From positions 113 to 64,112 of the forward strand of contig RECK01000433.1 of NCBI GenBank assembly GCA_007694055.1: 64,000 nucleotides of DNA, in the 5' to 3' direction. Both the position numbers and the translations under genes were made by a program. Shown here piece after piece: positions 52,023 through 61,074 of this stretch. Each line of letters opens with the position of its first letter. Position 1 is the stretch's first letter. Source of the DNA: Wenzhouxiangella sp. GTDB taxonomy: Bacteria > Pseudomonadota > Gammaproteobacteria > Xanthomonadales > Wenzhouxiangellaceae. Below the pieces are notes generated by a model. It was not told the DNA's origin. It ran no database searches and saw nothing but the letters and a program-made list of their open reading frames with translations.

Positions 52023-52801
52023 GCCCCGGCCCTGCCCTCGCTGGCATTCAACCGTTCAATCCATTGGCTGACCTGATCAAGCGCCTGGTAACGGGTCAGG
52101 TCGACGTGAATCGGAGTAACCGACACGTAGCCCTGTCGAATGGCGTTGAAATCGGTTCCCGGACCGTTATCTTCTTCATCACCCGGTGGCCCGACCCAGA
52201 AAAAACTGCGCCCACGCGGGTCCTCGAGTGGAATCACATTTTCCGATCGGTGACGATGGCCGAGACGGGTGGTTTCGAAGCCTCGAATTTTCTTCCAGGG
52301 CAGATCGGGAACGTTGACGTTGAGTATGGTGTCGGCCGGCAGTGGCTCTGCCACCAGCTGCTGCATGAGAATACAGGCGGCTTCGGCCGCGCTTTCGTAG
52401 TGGCGTGGCCCCTTCTTGCCGTAGACCAGGGATACGGCCATGGCCGGCAGTCCAAGAAAACGGCCTTCCATGGCCGCTGCCACGGTTCCGGAGTAGAGCA
52501 CGTCATCTCCCAGGTTGGCTCCGGCATTGATCCCCGACACCACCATATCCGGTTCCTTCTCAAGCAGGCCGGTTATGGCCACGTGGACACAGTCGGTTGG
52601 TGTGCCGAAGACCTTGTAGCGCCCATCGTCCAGGCGCTCGACCCGGATAGGCTGGTCCAGGGTCAGGGAATTACTCGCCCCGGAACGATCACGGTCGGGT
52701 GCCACGACGGTCACCCGATCGCTATGCTCAGCCAGGCGCTGGGCGAGCAGGCGAATTCCAGGCGCATACACACCGTCATCGTTGGCTATGAGAATATGCA
52801 T
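52019..52801 (-). CDS. surE: 5'/3'-nucleotidase SurE
   Basis: [41 protein letters not shown]; start 52801. Confidence 0.97.
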   Translation of the reverse strand: MHILIANDDGVYAPGIRLLAQRLAEHSDRVTVVAPDRDRSGASNSLTLDQPIRVERLDDGRYKVFGTPTDCVHVAITGLLEKEPDMVVSGINAGANLGDDVLYSGTVAAAMEGRFLGLPAMAVSLVYGKKGPRHYESAAEAACILMQQLVAEPLPADTILNVNVPDLPWKKIRGFETTRLGHRHRSENVIPLEDPRGRSFFWVGPPGDEEDNGPGTDFNAIRQGYVSVTPIHVDLTRYQALDQVSQWIERLNASEGRAGA

Positions 52802-52918
52802 TATTGAATCGGCTCGGACAAAGCCGTAACTATACAGGCAACCGCGCAACCTGGGCAGCACAGAAAGCGCCCGAAACCTTGCGCAGCGCTGGCCCGCCGG
52901 CTATGGAGACCTCAAGCC

Positions 52919-53452
52919 ATGAGCATCGATGACGAAGACCGCGACCTGTTCCGATCCAGCGTTGGCTCGGTCCGCAGGATCAGCGCTCAACGGGTTCAGG
53001 GGCATCACCCCCGACCGGCTCCGCGGCCGCGCCAGCGGGAGCGCGACGAAGCAGCCGTCATGGACGAACTGGCGCACGGGCCCATCGATTTCGAGGCTAT
53101 AGAAACCGGCGAGGAGCTGACCTGGCTCAGGCCCGGCCTGCAGCGTCGCGTATTGACCCGGCTGCGCCGCGGGCACTGGCGGGTACAAGATGAAATCGAT
53201 CTCCACCAGATGAATACCGAGGCGGCAGCGGGCAGCATCCGCGCCTTTATCACGGCCGCCCACCGCGACGGACTGAGCTGCGTGAAGATCATTCATGGCA
53301 AGGGGCTGCGCTCCGGCCCCGACGGTCCGCGCCTGAAGCGCCTGACCGCCCGCTTGCTGACCCGGATCGAGCGAGTCTGTGCTTTTGCATCGGCACCCCG
53401 GCATGACGGCGGAACCGGTGCCGTCTACGTTCTCCTGAAGACACGACCTTGA
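52919..53452 (+). CDS. Smr/MutS2 domain protein
   Basis: LRRGHW, IDLHQM, IIHGKG, GGTGAVYVLL. Confidence 0.9.
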   Translation: MSIDDEDRDLFRSSVGSVRRISAQRVQGHHPRPAPRPRQRERDEAAVMDELAHGPIDFEAIETGEELTWLRPGLQRRVLTRLRRGHWRVQDEIDLHQMNTEAAAGSIRAFITAAHRDGLSCVKIIHGKGLRSGPDGPRLKRLTARLLTRIERVCAFASAPRHDGGTGAVYVLLKTRP

Positions 53453-53781
53453 GCGGCGGACTGGACGGTGCCCTTGGCGCCATACTCTTTATCGGCGCCC
53501 TTGCCTTGTGGTGGCACTGGTCGCTGCAGGCGCGTGACCTGGCTCGACACCGGGCCCGGGCATTTTGTCAGCGCCAGAATTGGCAACTGCTGGACCAGAC
53601 CGTCGCACTGACTTCACTCTGGCCCATTCGAGACGGAGACAATCTTGGGCTTCGGCGGATCTATCGATTCGACTTCAGCCCCGATGGCGGCACGAGACGC
53701 CATGGGGAACTGGTGATGGTCGGGCGGCGTCTGGTTCAGATCAGCGCCGAACTCGATGACGGCGGCAGGTTGATCGAGTAG
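53449..53781 (+). CDS. Small membrane-anchored protein, DUF3301-like
   Basis: N-terminal TM; FCQRQNWQLLDQTVAL, RIYRFDFS; follows smr. Confidence 0.7.
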   Translation: MSGGLDGALGAILFIGALALWWHWSLQARDLARHRARAFCQRQNWQLLDQTVALTSLWPIRDGDNLGLRRIYRFDFSPDGGTRRHGELVMVGRRLVQISAELDDGGRLIE

Positions 53782-53870
53782 CAACAGCGCCTTTTTCAAA
53801 CAGTTTCTGCAGATTCTGCATCGACTGATTTTCACGCGACACTTGCCAGTCAGTCGATTGGAAATATTGA

Positions 53871-53943
53871 AACCACCGAAAGCACCGACCACACCGACAG
53901 GCGTTGTTCGGGGTGTTCGGTGTATTCGGTGCTTTCGGTGGTT
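53871..53943. repeat. Inverted repeat built from 9-nt periodic units
   Basis: AACCACCGAAAGCACCGACCACACCGA (53871-53897) versus TCGGTGTATTCGGTGCTTTCGGTGGTT (53917-53943), 25/27 complementary. Confidence 0.9.
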
Positions 53944-54041
53944 CCCTGATTCTTGCCTTGGCTTCCCCACTGTTTTTGGCCATCCTGTCTGATTTAGGAC
54001 GACGGGTCTGCCGAGAAGACAGGGAATAGCGGCTTCGGTGG

Positions 54042-54455
54042 CTACTTGACGACTCGCAGGCGGGGACGGCCTGGGTTGTCGTCATCGTCATCGCCGCTTC
54101 GAGACCCGGTATTGCCCGGCTCGGCCTGCTCCAGACCCTCTTCCTCCGGAAACACCATGCCACGTCCGTTTTCCCGCGCATAGATCGCCTTGATCGCCGA
54201 GACTGGCACGGAGACCCCGCGCGATACGCCGCCGAATCGAGCCACGAAGGTAACCAGTTCATTGTCCATGACCAGATCGCGAACCGCGCCGGGACTGACA
54301 TTCAACACGACTTGCCCGTCCTTGCGCGCGCTGTCCGGAACTTCCAGGTCTGGATGCTCGGCGTCAACCAGCAGGTGCGGCGTACAGCCCGAATCGACGA
54401 TCCAGTCGTGCAAGGCCCGCATCAAATACGGTCGGCTGGGCACCATGACGGTCAC
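54042..54455 (-). CDS. sspB: ClpXP adaptor SspB
   Basis: RPYLMRALHDWIVD, TPHLLVDA, VLNVS, ARFGG, YARENGRGMVF, C-terminal LRVVK. Confidence 0.96.
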   Translation of the reverse strand: MTVMVPSRPYLMRALHDWIVDSGCTPHLLVDAEHPDLEVPDSARKDGQVVLNVSPGAVRDLVMDNELVTFVARFGGVSRGVSVPVSAIKAIYARENGRGMVFPEEEGLEQAEPGNTGSRSGDDDDDNPGRPRLRVVK

Positions 54456-55066
54456 TCGCTTTCGCGCAGAAGGCGCTCAACTTCAGTGAGGCTACGCTGA
54501 AACGAGTTTCGCTTGAACATGCGATCCATGTAGCGGTTGATATTTGGAGCTGATCGAGTCGTCAAATCAATGTCGTAGGCGGGCAGGCGCCACAGCAAGG
54601 GTGTCAGCGCGCAGTCGACCAGTGACAGCTCGTCATTGAGCAGGAACGGCGTCAAGCCGAACAGGTCGTCGGCGGCGGTCAAACTATCCTTGAGTTGCTT
54701 TCGGGCAGCAGCAACCTTTTTCTCGGCGCTGGATTTTTCCATGATGCGACCAGCATCGATCCAGTCCCGGTACATGCGATACATGGCCAGGCGCAAGCGC
54801 GATCGGGATACCGGATCGACCGGCATCAGCGGCGGATGGGGGTAACGCTCGTCAAGGTAGTCCGCAACAACCCAGGTACCGTACAACACCATGTCACGGT
54901 CGACCAGTGTCGGCGTCTCCCCGTAAGGATTGAGTTCGGCCAGGTCGGCTGTAGCCGCCCGATCCTGCTCAACGTGGATGATTTCCACGTTGATACCTTT
55001 TTCAGCCAACACGAAGCGGACTCGATGGCAATCGAGGCAATTCTCCGAAGAATACAATGCCATCAT
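54452..55066 (-). CDS. sspA: Stringent starvation protein A
   Basis: HRVRFVLAEKG, NPYGETPTLVDR, YLDERYPHPPLMPVDPVSR. Confidence 0.96.
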   Translation of the reverse strand: MMALYSSENCLDCHRVRFVLAEKGINVEIIHVEQDRAATADLAELNPYGETPTLVDRDMVLYGTWVVADYLDERYPHPPLMPVDPVSRSRLRLAMYRMYRDWIDAGRIMEKSSAEKKVAAARKQLKDSLTAADDLFGLTPFLLNDELSLVDCALTPLLWRLPAYDIDLTTRSAPNINRYMDRMFKRNSFQRSLTEVERLLRESE

Positions 55067-55116
55067 GGCCCTTGCCCTCCTTTAAGCGTGGGATGCGACT
55101 GCGCGAGCAACCGCCA

Positions 55117-55854
55117 TCATTTCTTCACGTCCTTCCAGAATTCCTGGTAGAGCAGGTAGGACAGGAAGGTAAAGAGCGCAAGGAACAACATCACCCAGAT
55201 GCCGACCCGTTCACGCACGAGGATGGCCGGTTCGGCCACGTATTCCATAAAAGCCACGATATCGCGCACGACGGCATCATATTCGGCGGGAGACAGCATA
55301 CCGCCCTGATCCATCTCCAGGGAAACAATTTCGGTCCGCATTTCACCGTTGACTTCCCGAGTTTCCGTAATGGCTCGCTGGACACCCTGCAGATCCCACA
55401 TCACGTGCGGCATGGCCGGGTTTTCCAGAACCGTGTTGTTCCAGCCGCCATCGGTAAGGTAGTAGCTGCGCAGGAAGGTATAAATCCAGTCCGGGCTGCG
55501 CGAGCGCGCGGTCAGACTGAGATCAGGCGGCGCCTTGCCAAACCAGGCTTCGCCATCTTCGTAGCGCATGGCGGACTTCATGTAATCAGACAGTTCCTGA
55601 TCACCGAAGGTGAGAAACTCCAGCACCTCCTCTTCGCTCAGCCCGAGATCCTCGGTCAGGCGCTGGTAGCGCATGAACTGGACAGAGTGACAGCCCATGC
55701 AGTAATTGGCGAACAAGGCGGCTCCCCGCTGCAAAGAGGCCCGGTCGAAGACATTGCTGCCAGACTGGTCAAGGTTGCCGTACTTGCCGGCCGCCATCAC
55801 CAGTCCCGAGCCCAGAAGAAGCGCAAGGCCGCACAAGAGATTTCGGTATGTCAT
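55117..55854 (-). CDS. petC: Cytochrome c1
   Basis: SLQRGA, CMGCH, PPDLS, WIYTFL, NPAMPHVM, C-terminal TM. Confidence 0.96.
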   Translation of the reverse strand: MTYRNLLCGLALLLGSGLVMAAGKYGNLDQSGSNVFDRASLQRGAALFANYCMGCHSVQFMRYQRLTEDLGLSEEEVLEFLTFGDQELSDYMKSAMRYEDGEAWFGKAPPDLSLTARSRSPDWIYTFLRSYYLTDGGWNNTVLENPAMPHVMWDLQGVQRAITETREVNGEMRTEIVSLEMDQGGMLSPAEYDAVVRDIVAFMEYVAEPAILVRERVGIWVMLFLALFTFLSYLLYQEFWKDVKK

Positions 55855-57092
55855 CAGCTCGTTACTCTTTCCGGTACGGGTTTGGTCTTTTCAAAGCTGG
55901 TCCAGATCGGCATCAGAATGAAGAAGCCGAAGTAGATAAATGTCCACAGGCGCAATTCCAGCGTACTCGAATCCTGGGAAAGCCCGAGCATGCCGAGGCG
56001 AACAAAAGCGACCACGAACAAGGCCAGGGCAAACTTCGACATCCAGCTGCGATAGCGAATGGAACGCACCGGAGAGCGATCCAGCCACGGCACGAGATAC
56101 AGGATCATCACCGCCGCACCCATCAGAATCACGCCCATCAGCTTATCAGGCACGGCCTGGAGAATGGCGTAGAAGGGCGTGAAATACCACACCGGCGGAA
56201 TATGATCCGGGGTCACCAGCGGGTTGGCCTGGACGAAGTTGTCTGGCTTGAGGAAGTAACCGCCGAACTCTGGCCAGAAGAAGATGATGAAGGCTGCAAT
56301 CAGCAGGAAGAACGCGGCACCGAAGATATCCTTGACCGTGTAGTAAGGATGGAAGGGAATACCGTCCAGGGGACGACCGTTTTCATCCTTGTTGGCCTTG
56401 ATCTCAACGCCGTCGGGGTTGTTCGAACCGACCTCGTGGAGCGCAGCCAGGTGGAGCACGACCAGTCCAACCAGAACCAGCGGCAAGGCAACCACGTGCA
56501 GGGCGAAGAAGCGGTTCAGCGTGGCATCGGCAACGAAGTAATCGCCCCGAATCCACTCGACCAGGGCTTCACCCACGTATGGCACGGCACCGAACAGCGA
56601 AATGATCACCTGCGCACCCCAGTAGGACATCTGGCCCCAGGGCAAGACGTAGCCCATGAAGGATTCCGCCATCAGCACCAGGTAAATCGTCACCCCGAGA
56701 ATCCAGACCAGCTCACGCGGCTTCTGGTAAGAGCCATACATCAAGGCCCGGAACATGTGCAGGTAGACGACCACGAAGAACAGCGAGGCACCGGTCGAGT
56801 GCATGTAGCGAATCAGCCATCCCCACTCGACGTCACGCATGATGAATTCGACCGATGCGAAGGCGTGCTCCGCGTCGGGCTTGTAATGCATGGTCAGGAA
56901 AATCCCGGTCAGGAGCTGGTTGACCAGGACCAGCAGCGAAAGCGAACCGAAGAAATACCACAGGTTGAAGTTCTTGGGCGCGTAGTACTCGCTGAGGTGT
57001 TTCTTGTAGAACTCACCGACAGCGGCACGTTCGTTGACCCAGGTATTGACAGAATCGATGCCCTTGGCAAGGGCACTAGCAGGCTTTGCCAT
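55854..57092 (-). CDS. petB: Cytochrome b
   Basis: IRYMHSTGAS, WGQMSYWGAQVI, RFFALH, HIPPVWYF. Confidence 0.97.
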   Translation of the reverse strand: MAKPASALAKGIDSVNTWVNERAAVGEFYKKHLSEYYAPKNFNLWYFFGSLSLLVLVNQLLTGIFLTMHYKPDAEHAFASVEFIMRDVEWGWLIRYMHSTGASLFFVVVYLHMFRALMYGSYQKPRELVWILGVTIYLVLMAESFMGYVLPWGQMSYWGAQVIISLFGAVPYVGEALVEWIRGDYFVADATLNRFFALHVVALPLVLVGLVVLHLAALHEVGSNNPDGVEIKANKDENGRPLDGIPFHPYYTVKDIFGAAFFLLIAAFIIFFWPEFGGYFLKPDNFVQANPLVTPDHIPPVWYFTPFYAILQAVPDKLMGVILMGAAVMILYLVPWLDRSPVRSIRYRSWMSKFALALFVVAFVRLGMLGLSQDSSTLELRLWTFIYFGFFILMPIWTSFEKTKPVPERVTS

Positions 57093-57094
57093 GA

Positions 57095-57718
57095 TCAGGA
57101 TGCTCCTTCGGGATCAACGCCGATGATGACGTGATCATCGCCAACGAAAGAATGCGGCGGAACCAGCAGGTTGCGTACCGCCGGTACCCCGCTGTAGACA
57201 CGTCCGGCCAGGTCAAAGGTCGACCGGTGACAGGGACAGAAGAAACCACCGCGCCAGTCGGAGTCAAATGGCTGCGCACCGATTTCCGGAATCACCTGGG
57301 GAACACAACCAAGATGGGTGCAGTGCACGTTCAGCACGAGAATTTCCGGGCGAATCGAGCGATGCAGGTTGCGGGCGTAATCAGGCTGTTGATCAGCCAC
57401 CGCGGATTCGGGATCGCGCAGCCTCGGATTCAGTTCGGGAAGCTGCTGCAACATGCGTTCGGTTCGACGCATGATGCCAATGGTCTGGCCGCGCCACTGT
57501 ACCCGCGCCAGCTGTCCGGGCTCAAGATTTCCGATAAACACCTCGACCGGCGCCCCGATGATGCGAGCGCGCGCGCTCGGACGCAGCGAAGCCAGAAAGG
57601 GCCAGGCAGCAGCCGCGACGCCAACGGCGCCGACCACGCTGGTCGTTCCCAGCAGCAGACGCCGTCGCGACAGGTCGGCCGACGGCTGTTCGGAATCTAA
57701 CGATTCGGTTTCGGACAT
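57095..57718 (-). CDS. petA: Rieske Fe-S subunit of the bc1 complex
   Basis: Tat motif SRRRLL, CTHLGC, CPCHRS. Confidence 0.96.
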   Translation of the reverse strand: MSETESLDSEQPSADLSRRRLLLGTTSVVGAVGVAAAAWPFLASLRPSARARIIGAPVEVFIGNLEPGQLARVQWRGQTIGIMRRTERMLQQLPELNPRLRDPESAVADQQPDYARNLHRSIRPEILVLNVHCTHLGCVPQVIPEIGAQPFDSDWRGGFFCPCHRSTFDLAGRVYSGVPAVRNLLVPPHSFVGDDHVIIGVDPEGAS

Positions 57719-58016
57719 GAATTACTCCCGATCTCACGGTCTGTGGCCAGCCGAAGCGCATTGTGCACTCTGCCCAGCCGATGAAGAGAAAAATGAATCC
57801 GGACAGGCTGCCGAGCCGACATCGGGCCGGCTTTTCCGACTTTCAGGCGCGTCCGACAGGTTTCCAAACCGCTATTTTAGCGAAAAATTAAGCAAGATCA
57901 CAATTATACTGGTGCGATTGTCGAGGGTTTACGGACAGGTCAGGGTTCAAAGGCAGCCTGCCAGCGCCATCCAGGGATGGCATTTGCCCTTGTATCAACA
58001 AACGGGCATTCCAGTT

Positions 58017-59117
58017 TTGAGCAAGATTCTTCAATTTACCATCCAGTTTGTCGTCCTGGGCCTGGCCATGGCCTTTGTCATGGTCTTCGTGCGCCCGGAT
58101 CTTTTGCCTGCACTGCGCACAGATCCACAGCCGGTCAGAATTACATCATACGCTGATGCCGTCAATCTGGCCGCACCCTCGGTGGTCAGCATTTACACGC
58201 GCACGCTGGTCGCACAGCCGCTGTCGACCGATGTTTTCGACCCCTTGCTGCGCGCACTCTACGGAGACCGCATGGTTACACGGCCCCGGCGCGGCCTGGG
58301 TTCAGGCGTCATCGTCTCCACGGACGGACTGATTCTGACCACGCTGCATGTGATATCCAACGTCGACAATATCGCGGTAGCGCTTTGGGATGGCCGGGTT
58401 TTCGAGGCGCGGGTGGTCGGCGCCGATCCGGGTACCGACCTGGCCGTGCTGAAGATCGAAGTCGACGACCCGCTTCCGGCGGCAAATTTCGCCGCCACAA
58501 GCAAGATGCGCACCGGTGACGTGGTTTTGGCCATCGGCAATGCCTTCGGCCTCAGCCACACCGTTACCATGGGTATCGTCAGCGCCACCGGCCGCGGCCA
58601 GCTCAACCTGACCGCCCTTGAGGACTTCATCCAGACCGATGCCGCGATCAATGCGGGCAACAGCGGCGGCGCCCTGATCAATCCGGCCGGCGAAGTGGTC
58701 GGCATCAACAGTGCCTCGCTCAGCCAGACCATGGGCGCCCAGGGCATCAGCTTTGCCATTCCGGCCGCACTGGCTCGCAAAATCATGGAACAGATACTGG
58801 AACATGGCGAAGTACCGCGCGGCTGGATGGGCGTCGATCTTGCCGACCTGACCTTCACCATGCAATTCGATGGCACCCCCATCACCGGGGCCAGGGTAGC
58901 CCGCGTTGACCAGGGTGGCCCGGCCTGGCGCGCCGGCCTGCGCGCCGGCGACATTCTCATCAGCGCCGACGACAGTAGCGTAAGCAACGCACGCGACTTG
59001 ACCCTTTACATCGCCCAGCAGCAGCCTGGCAGTGCTGTCGAGCTGAGCGTGCTGCGCGGCAATCAGCTGTTCGACACCAGCGTCACCCTGATCCAGCAGC
59101 CGCCCCCGGCACGTTGA
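58017..59117 (+). CDS. degS: DegS/HtrA-family periplasmic serine protease with PDZ domain
   Basis: SYADAV, LGSGVI, TTLHV, DLAVLK, QTDAAINAGNSGGAL, PDZ; TTG start at 58017 inferred (track start 57453 overlaps petA). Confidence 0.85.
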   Translation: MSKILQFTIQFVVLGLAMAFVMVFVRPDLLPALRTDPQPVRITSYADAVNLAAPSVVSIYTRTLVAQPLSTDVFDPLLRALYGDRMVTRPRRGLGSGVIVSTDGLILTTLHVISNVDNIAVALWDGRVFEARVVGADPGTDLAVLKIEVDDPLPAANFAATSKMRTGDVVLAIGNAFGLSHTVTMGIVSATGRGQLNLTALEDFIQTDAAINAGNSGGALINPAGEVVGINSASLSQTMGAQGISFAIPAALARKIMEQILEHGEVPRGWMGVDLADLTFTMQFDGTPITGARVARVDQGGPAWRAGLRAGDILISADDSSVSNARDLTLYIAQQQPGSAVELSVLRGNQLFDTSVTLIQQPPPAR

Positions 59118-59128
59118 TCTGCCCGGGA

Positions 59129-59698
59129 TCAGGCGCGGGGCAGGGTCACGCCGCGCTGACCCATGTACTTCCCGGCTCGATCGGCATAAGACGTCTCGCA
59201 GGCCTCGTCGGATTCCAGGAACAGGAACTGGGCAACACCCTCGTTGGCGTAGATTCGAGCCGGCAGCGGGGTGGTATTGGAGAACTCCAGGGTCACATGC
59301 CCCTCCCACTCCGGCTCCAGCGGGGTCACGTTGACGATAATGCCGCAGCGGGCATAGGTTGACTTGCCCAGGCAGATGGTCAGCACGTTGCGCGGTATGC
59401 GGAAATACTCCACGGTTCGCGCCAGGGCAAATGAGTTGGGCGGGATGATGCAGGTATCGCCCTTGAAATCAACGAAGCTGTTTTCGTCGAAATGCTTGGG
59501 ATCCACGATCGCCGAGTTGATATTGGTGAAGATCTTGAATTCGTCGGCACAGCGGCCGTCGTAGCCATAGCTCGACGTGCCGTAGGAGACCAGCTTGCGA
59601 CCGTCTTCGGCGCTGCGCACCTGGCCGGGCTCGAACGGCTCGATCATGCCGTGCCGCTCGGCCATTTCGCGGATCCAACGATCTGACTTGATGCTCAC
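59129..59698 (-). CDS. dcd: dCTP deaminase
   Basis: [45 protein letters not shown]. Confidence 0.96.
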   Translation of the reverse strand: MSIKSDRWIREMAERHGMIEPFEPGQVRSAEDGRKLVSYGTSSYGYDGRCADEFKIFTNINSAIVDPKHFDENSFVDFKGDTCIIPPNSFALARTVEYFRIPRNVLTICLGKSTYARCGIIVNVTPLEPEWEGHVTLEFSNTTPLPARIYANEGVAQFLFLESDEACETSYADRAGKYMGQRGVTLPRA

Positions 59699-59762
59699 AT
59701 TGGCTGCCCCGTGAAAAAGAGCCCGCAGGTTACCGCAGATTGTTCAGAAGATGAAGTGATCG

Positions 59763-60839
59763 TCAGTCAACGATGCGGATCTTCGGCATCCGAATGCTCT
59801 GGTTGCGGTTCTGAAGAGACAGGCGCGCCGCGGTGCGCCGGGCAAGCTCACGGAAGCGCCGGGCTGCCGGATGGTCAGGATCGGCTGCCACAATCGGACA
59901 ACCCTCGTCTGTAGAGCGACCGAGGCTGGCCTCCAGCGGCAGTTGACCCAACAGGGCCAGACCGGTCTCGGCAGCGATCCGTGATCCACCCCCTTCACCA
60001 AACACTGCTTCTTCATGGCCGCAGTTCGAACAGATATGCGTGCTCATGTTTTCAATCACGCCAAGCACCGGAATTCGCACCTTGTTGAACATCGCCACCG
60101 CCCGACGCACGTCATCCACTGCCACCTCCTGCGGCGTGGTCACGGCAACCGCGCCGGCCACGGGAATGCGCTGGGCCAGGGTGAGCTGGATGTCACCGGT
60201 ACCCGGCGGCAGGTCAACGACCAGGTAATCCAGCTCCTGCCAAAGGGTCTCGGCGACCATCTGCTGCAGCGCCTGGGTCGCCATGGGCCCGCGCCAGATC
60301 ATGGCCTGGTCGGTTTTGACCAGCATGCCGATCGACATGACCTGCAAACCGTGCGCCTCGAATGGCAGGATGCGCTTGTTGTCGGTAGTCCGCGGCGCCC
60401 CGCTAAGCCCCAGCATGCGCGGCTGGCTGGGGCCGTAAATATCGGCATCCAGCACGCCCACGCGTGCGCCTTCGGCCTGCAGCGCCAGGGCCAGATTGGC
60501 TGCCACGGTACTCTTGCCGACCCCACCCTTGCCGGAGGCCACGGCAATCACGTTGCGAACGCCATCCAGGGGGCTCAGTCCTTCCTGGACCGAATGCTGC
60601 GGCACCGACCAGCCCACATCGACAGTCACATCATTGACTGCGCCGCTGGCACGCAGCGCCGATGTCACCATATCGATCAGGCCGTCCCGCCAGCCGGCCG
60701 CCGGGTATCCAAGCTCGATATCGACTGCAGCACGGTCATCGCGCAGGGCCAGGCCGCGGACAGCCTCACCCAGCGGCTGGCCGCTGTGCGGGTCGATCAG
60801 CCCGGAGAGCAGACGTTTCAGTTCGGATTCAGTGCTCAT
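59763..60839 (-). CDS. apbC: Fe-S cluster carrier ATPase ApbC/Mrp
   Basis: ASGKGGVGKST, DADIYGPS, IWRGPM, DLPPGTGD, CSNC. Confidence 0.96.
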   Translation of the reverse strand: MSTESELKRLLSGLIDPHSGQPLGEAVRGLALRDDRAAVDIELGYPAAGWRDGLIDMVTSALRASGAVNDVTVDVGWSVPQHSVQEGLSPLDGVRNVIAVASGKGGVGKSTVAANLALALQAEGARVGVLDADIYGPSQPRMLGLSGAPRTTDNKRILPFEAHGLQVMSIGMLVKTDQAMIWRGPMATQALQQMVAETLWQELDYLVVDLPPGTGDIQLTLAQRIPVAGAVAVTTPQEVAVDDVRRAVAMFNKVRIPVLGVIENMSTHICSNCGHEEAVFGEGGGSRIAAETGLALLGQLPLEASLGRSTDEGCPIVAADPDHPAARRFRELARRTAARLSLQNRNQSIRMPKIRIVD

Positions 60840-61074
60840 GACAGGAAAGCGAGGGAAAAGTGAGGTCCTAGTGTACGATCTGGGCCATGGTCACTGGCGT
60901 CAATATTCCCAGGCAAGCACCGCCAGGACTCTCCGTGCAGCAGTGACGGGCGTAGCCCCCGGGGACCTCAACATGCGGCAGAACCCCGTCACTGCGCTAC
61001 CCCGCTCCGACCACCGCAGGCAACATGCGATAATCCCCGCCCCGACACTGATTCAACAAGACTGAACTGCCTGC

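Noticed and set aside
53614-53970. 118-aa minus-strand ORF across the 9-nt palindrome
   Set aside because: Overlaps the DUF3301-like gene; its sequence simply reflects the periodic repeat.
57215-57250. Rieske motif CPCHRS rather than CPCHGS
   Set aside because: The ligands are intact, and non-Gly residues here are known to me from related gammaproteobacteria.
57453-58016. Long N-terminal extension of DegS in the ORF track
   Set aside because: Overlaps petA on the other strand and the divergent promoter region; the TM anchor begins near TTG 58017.
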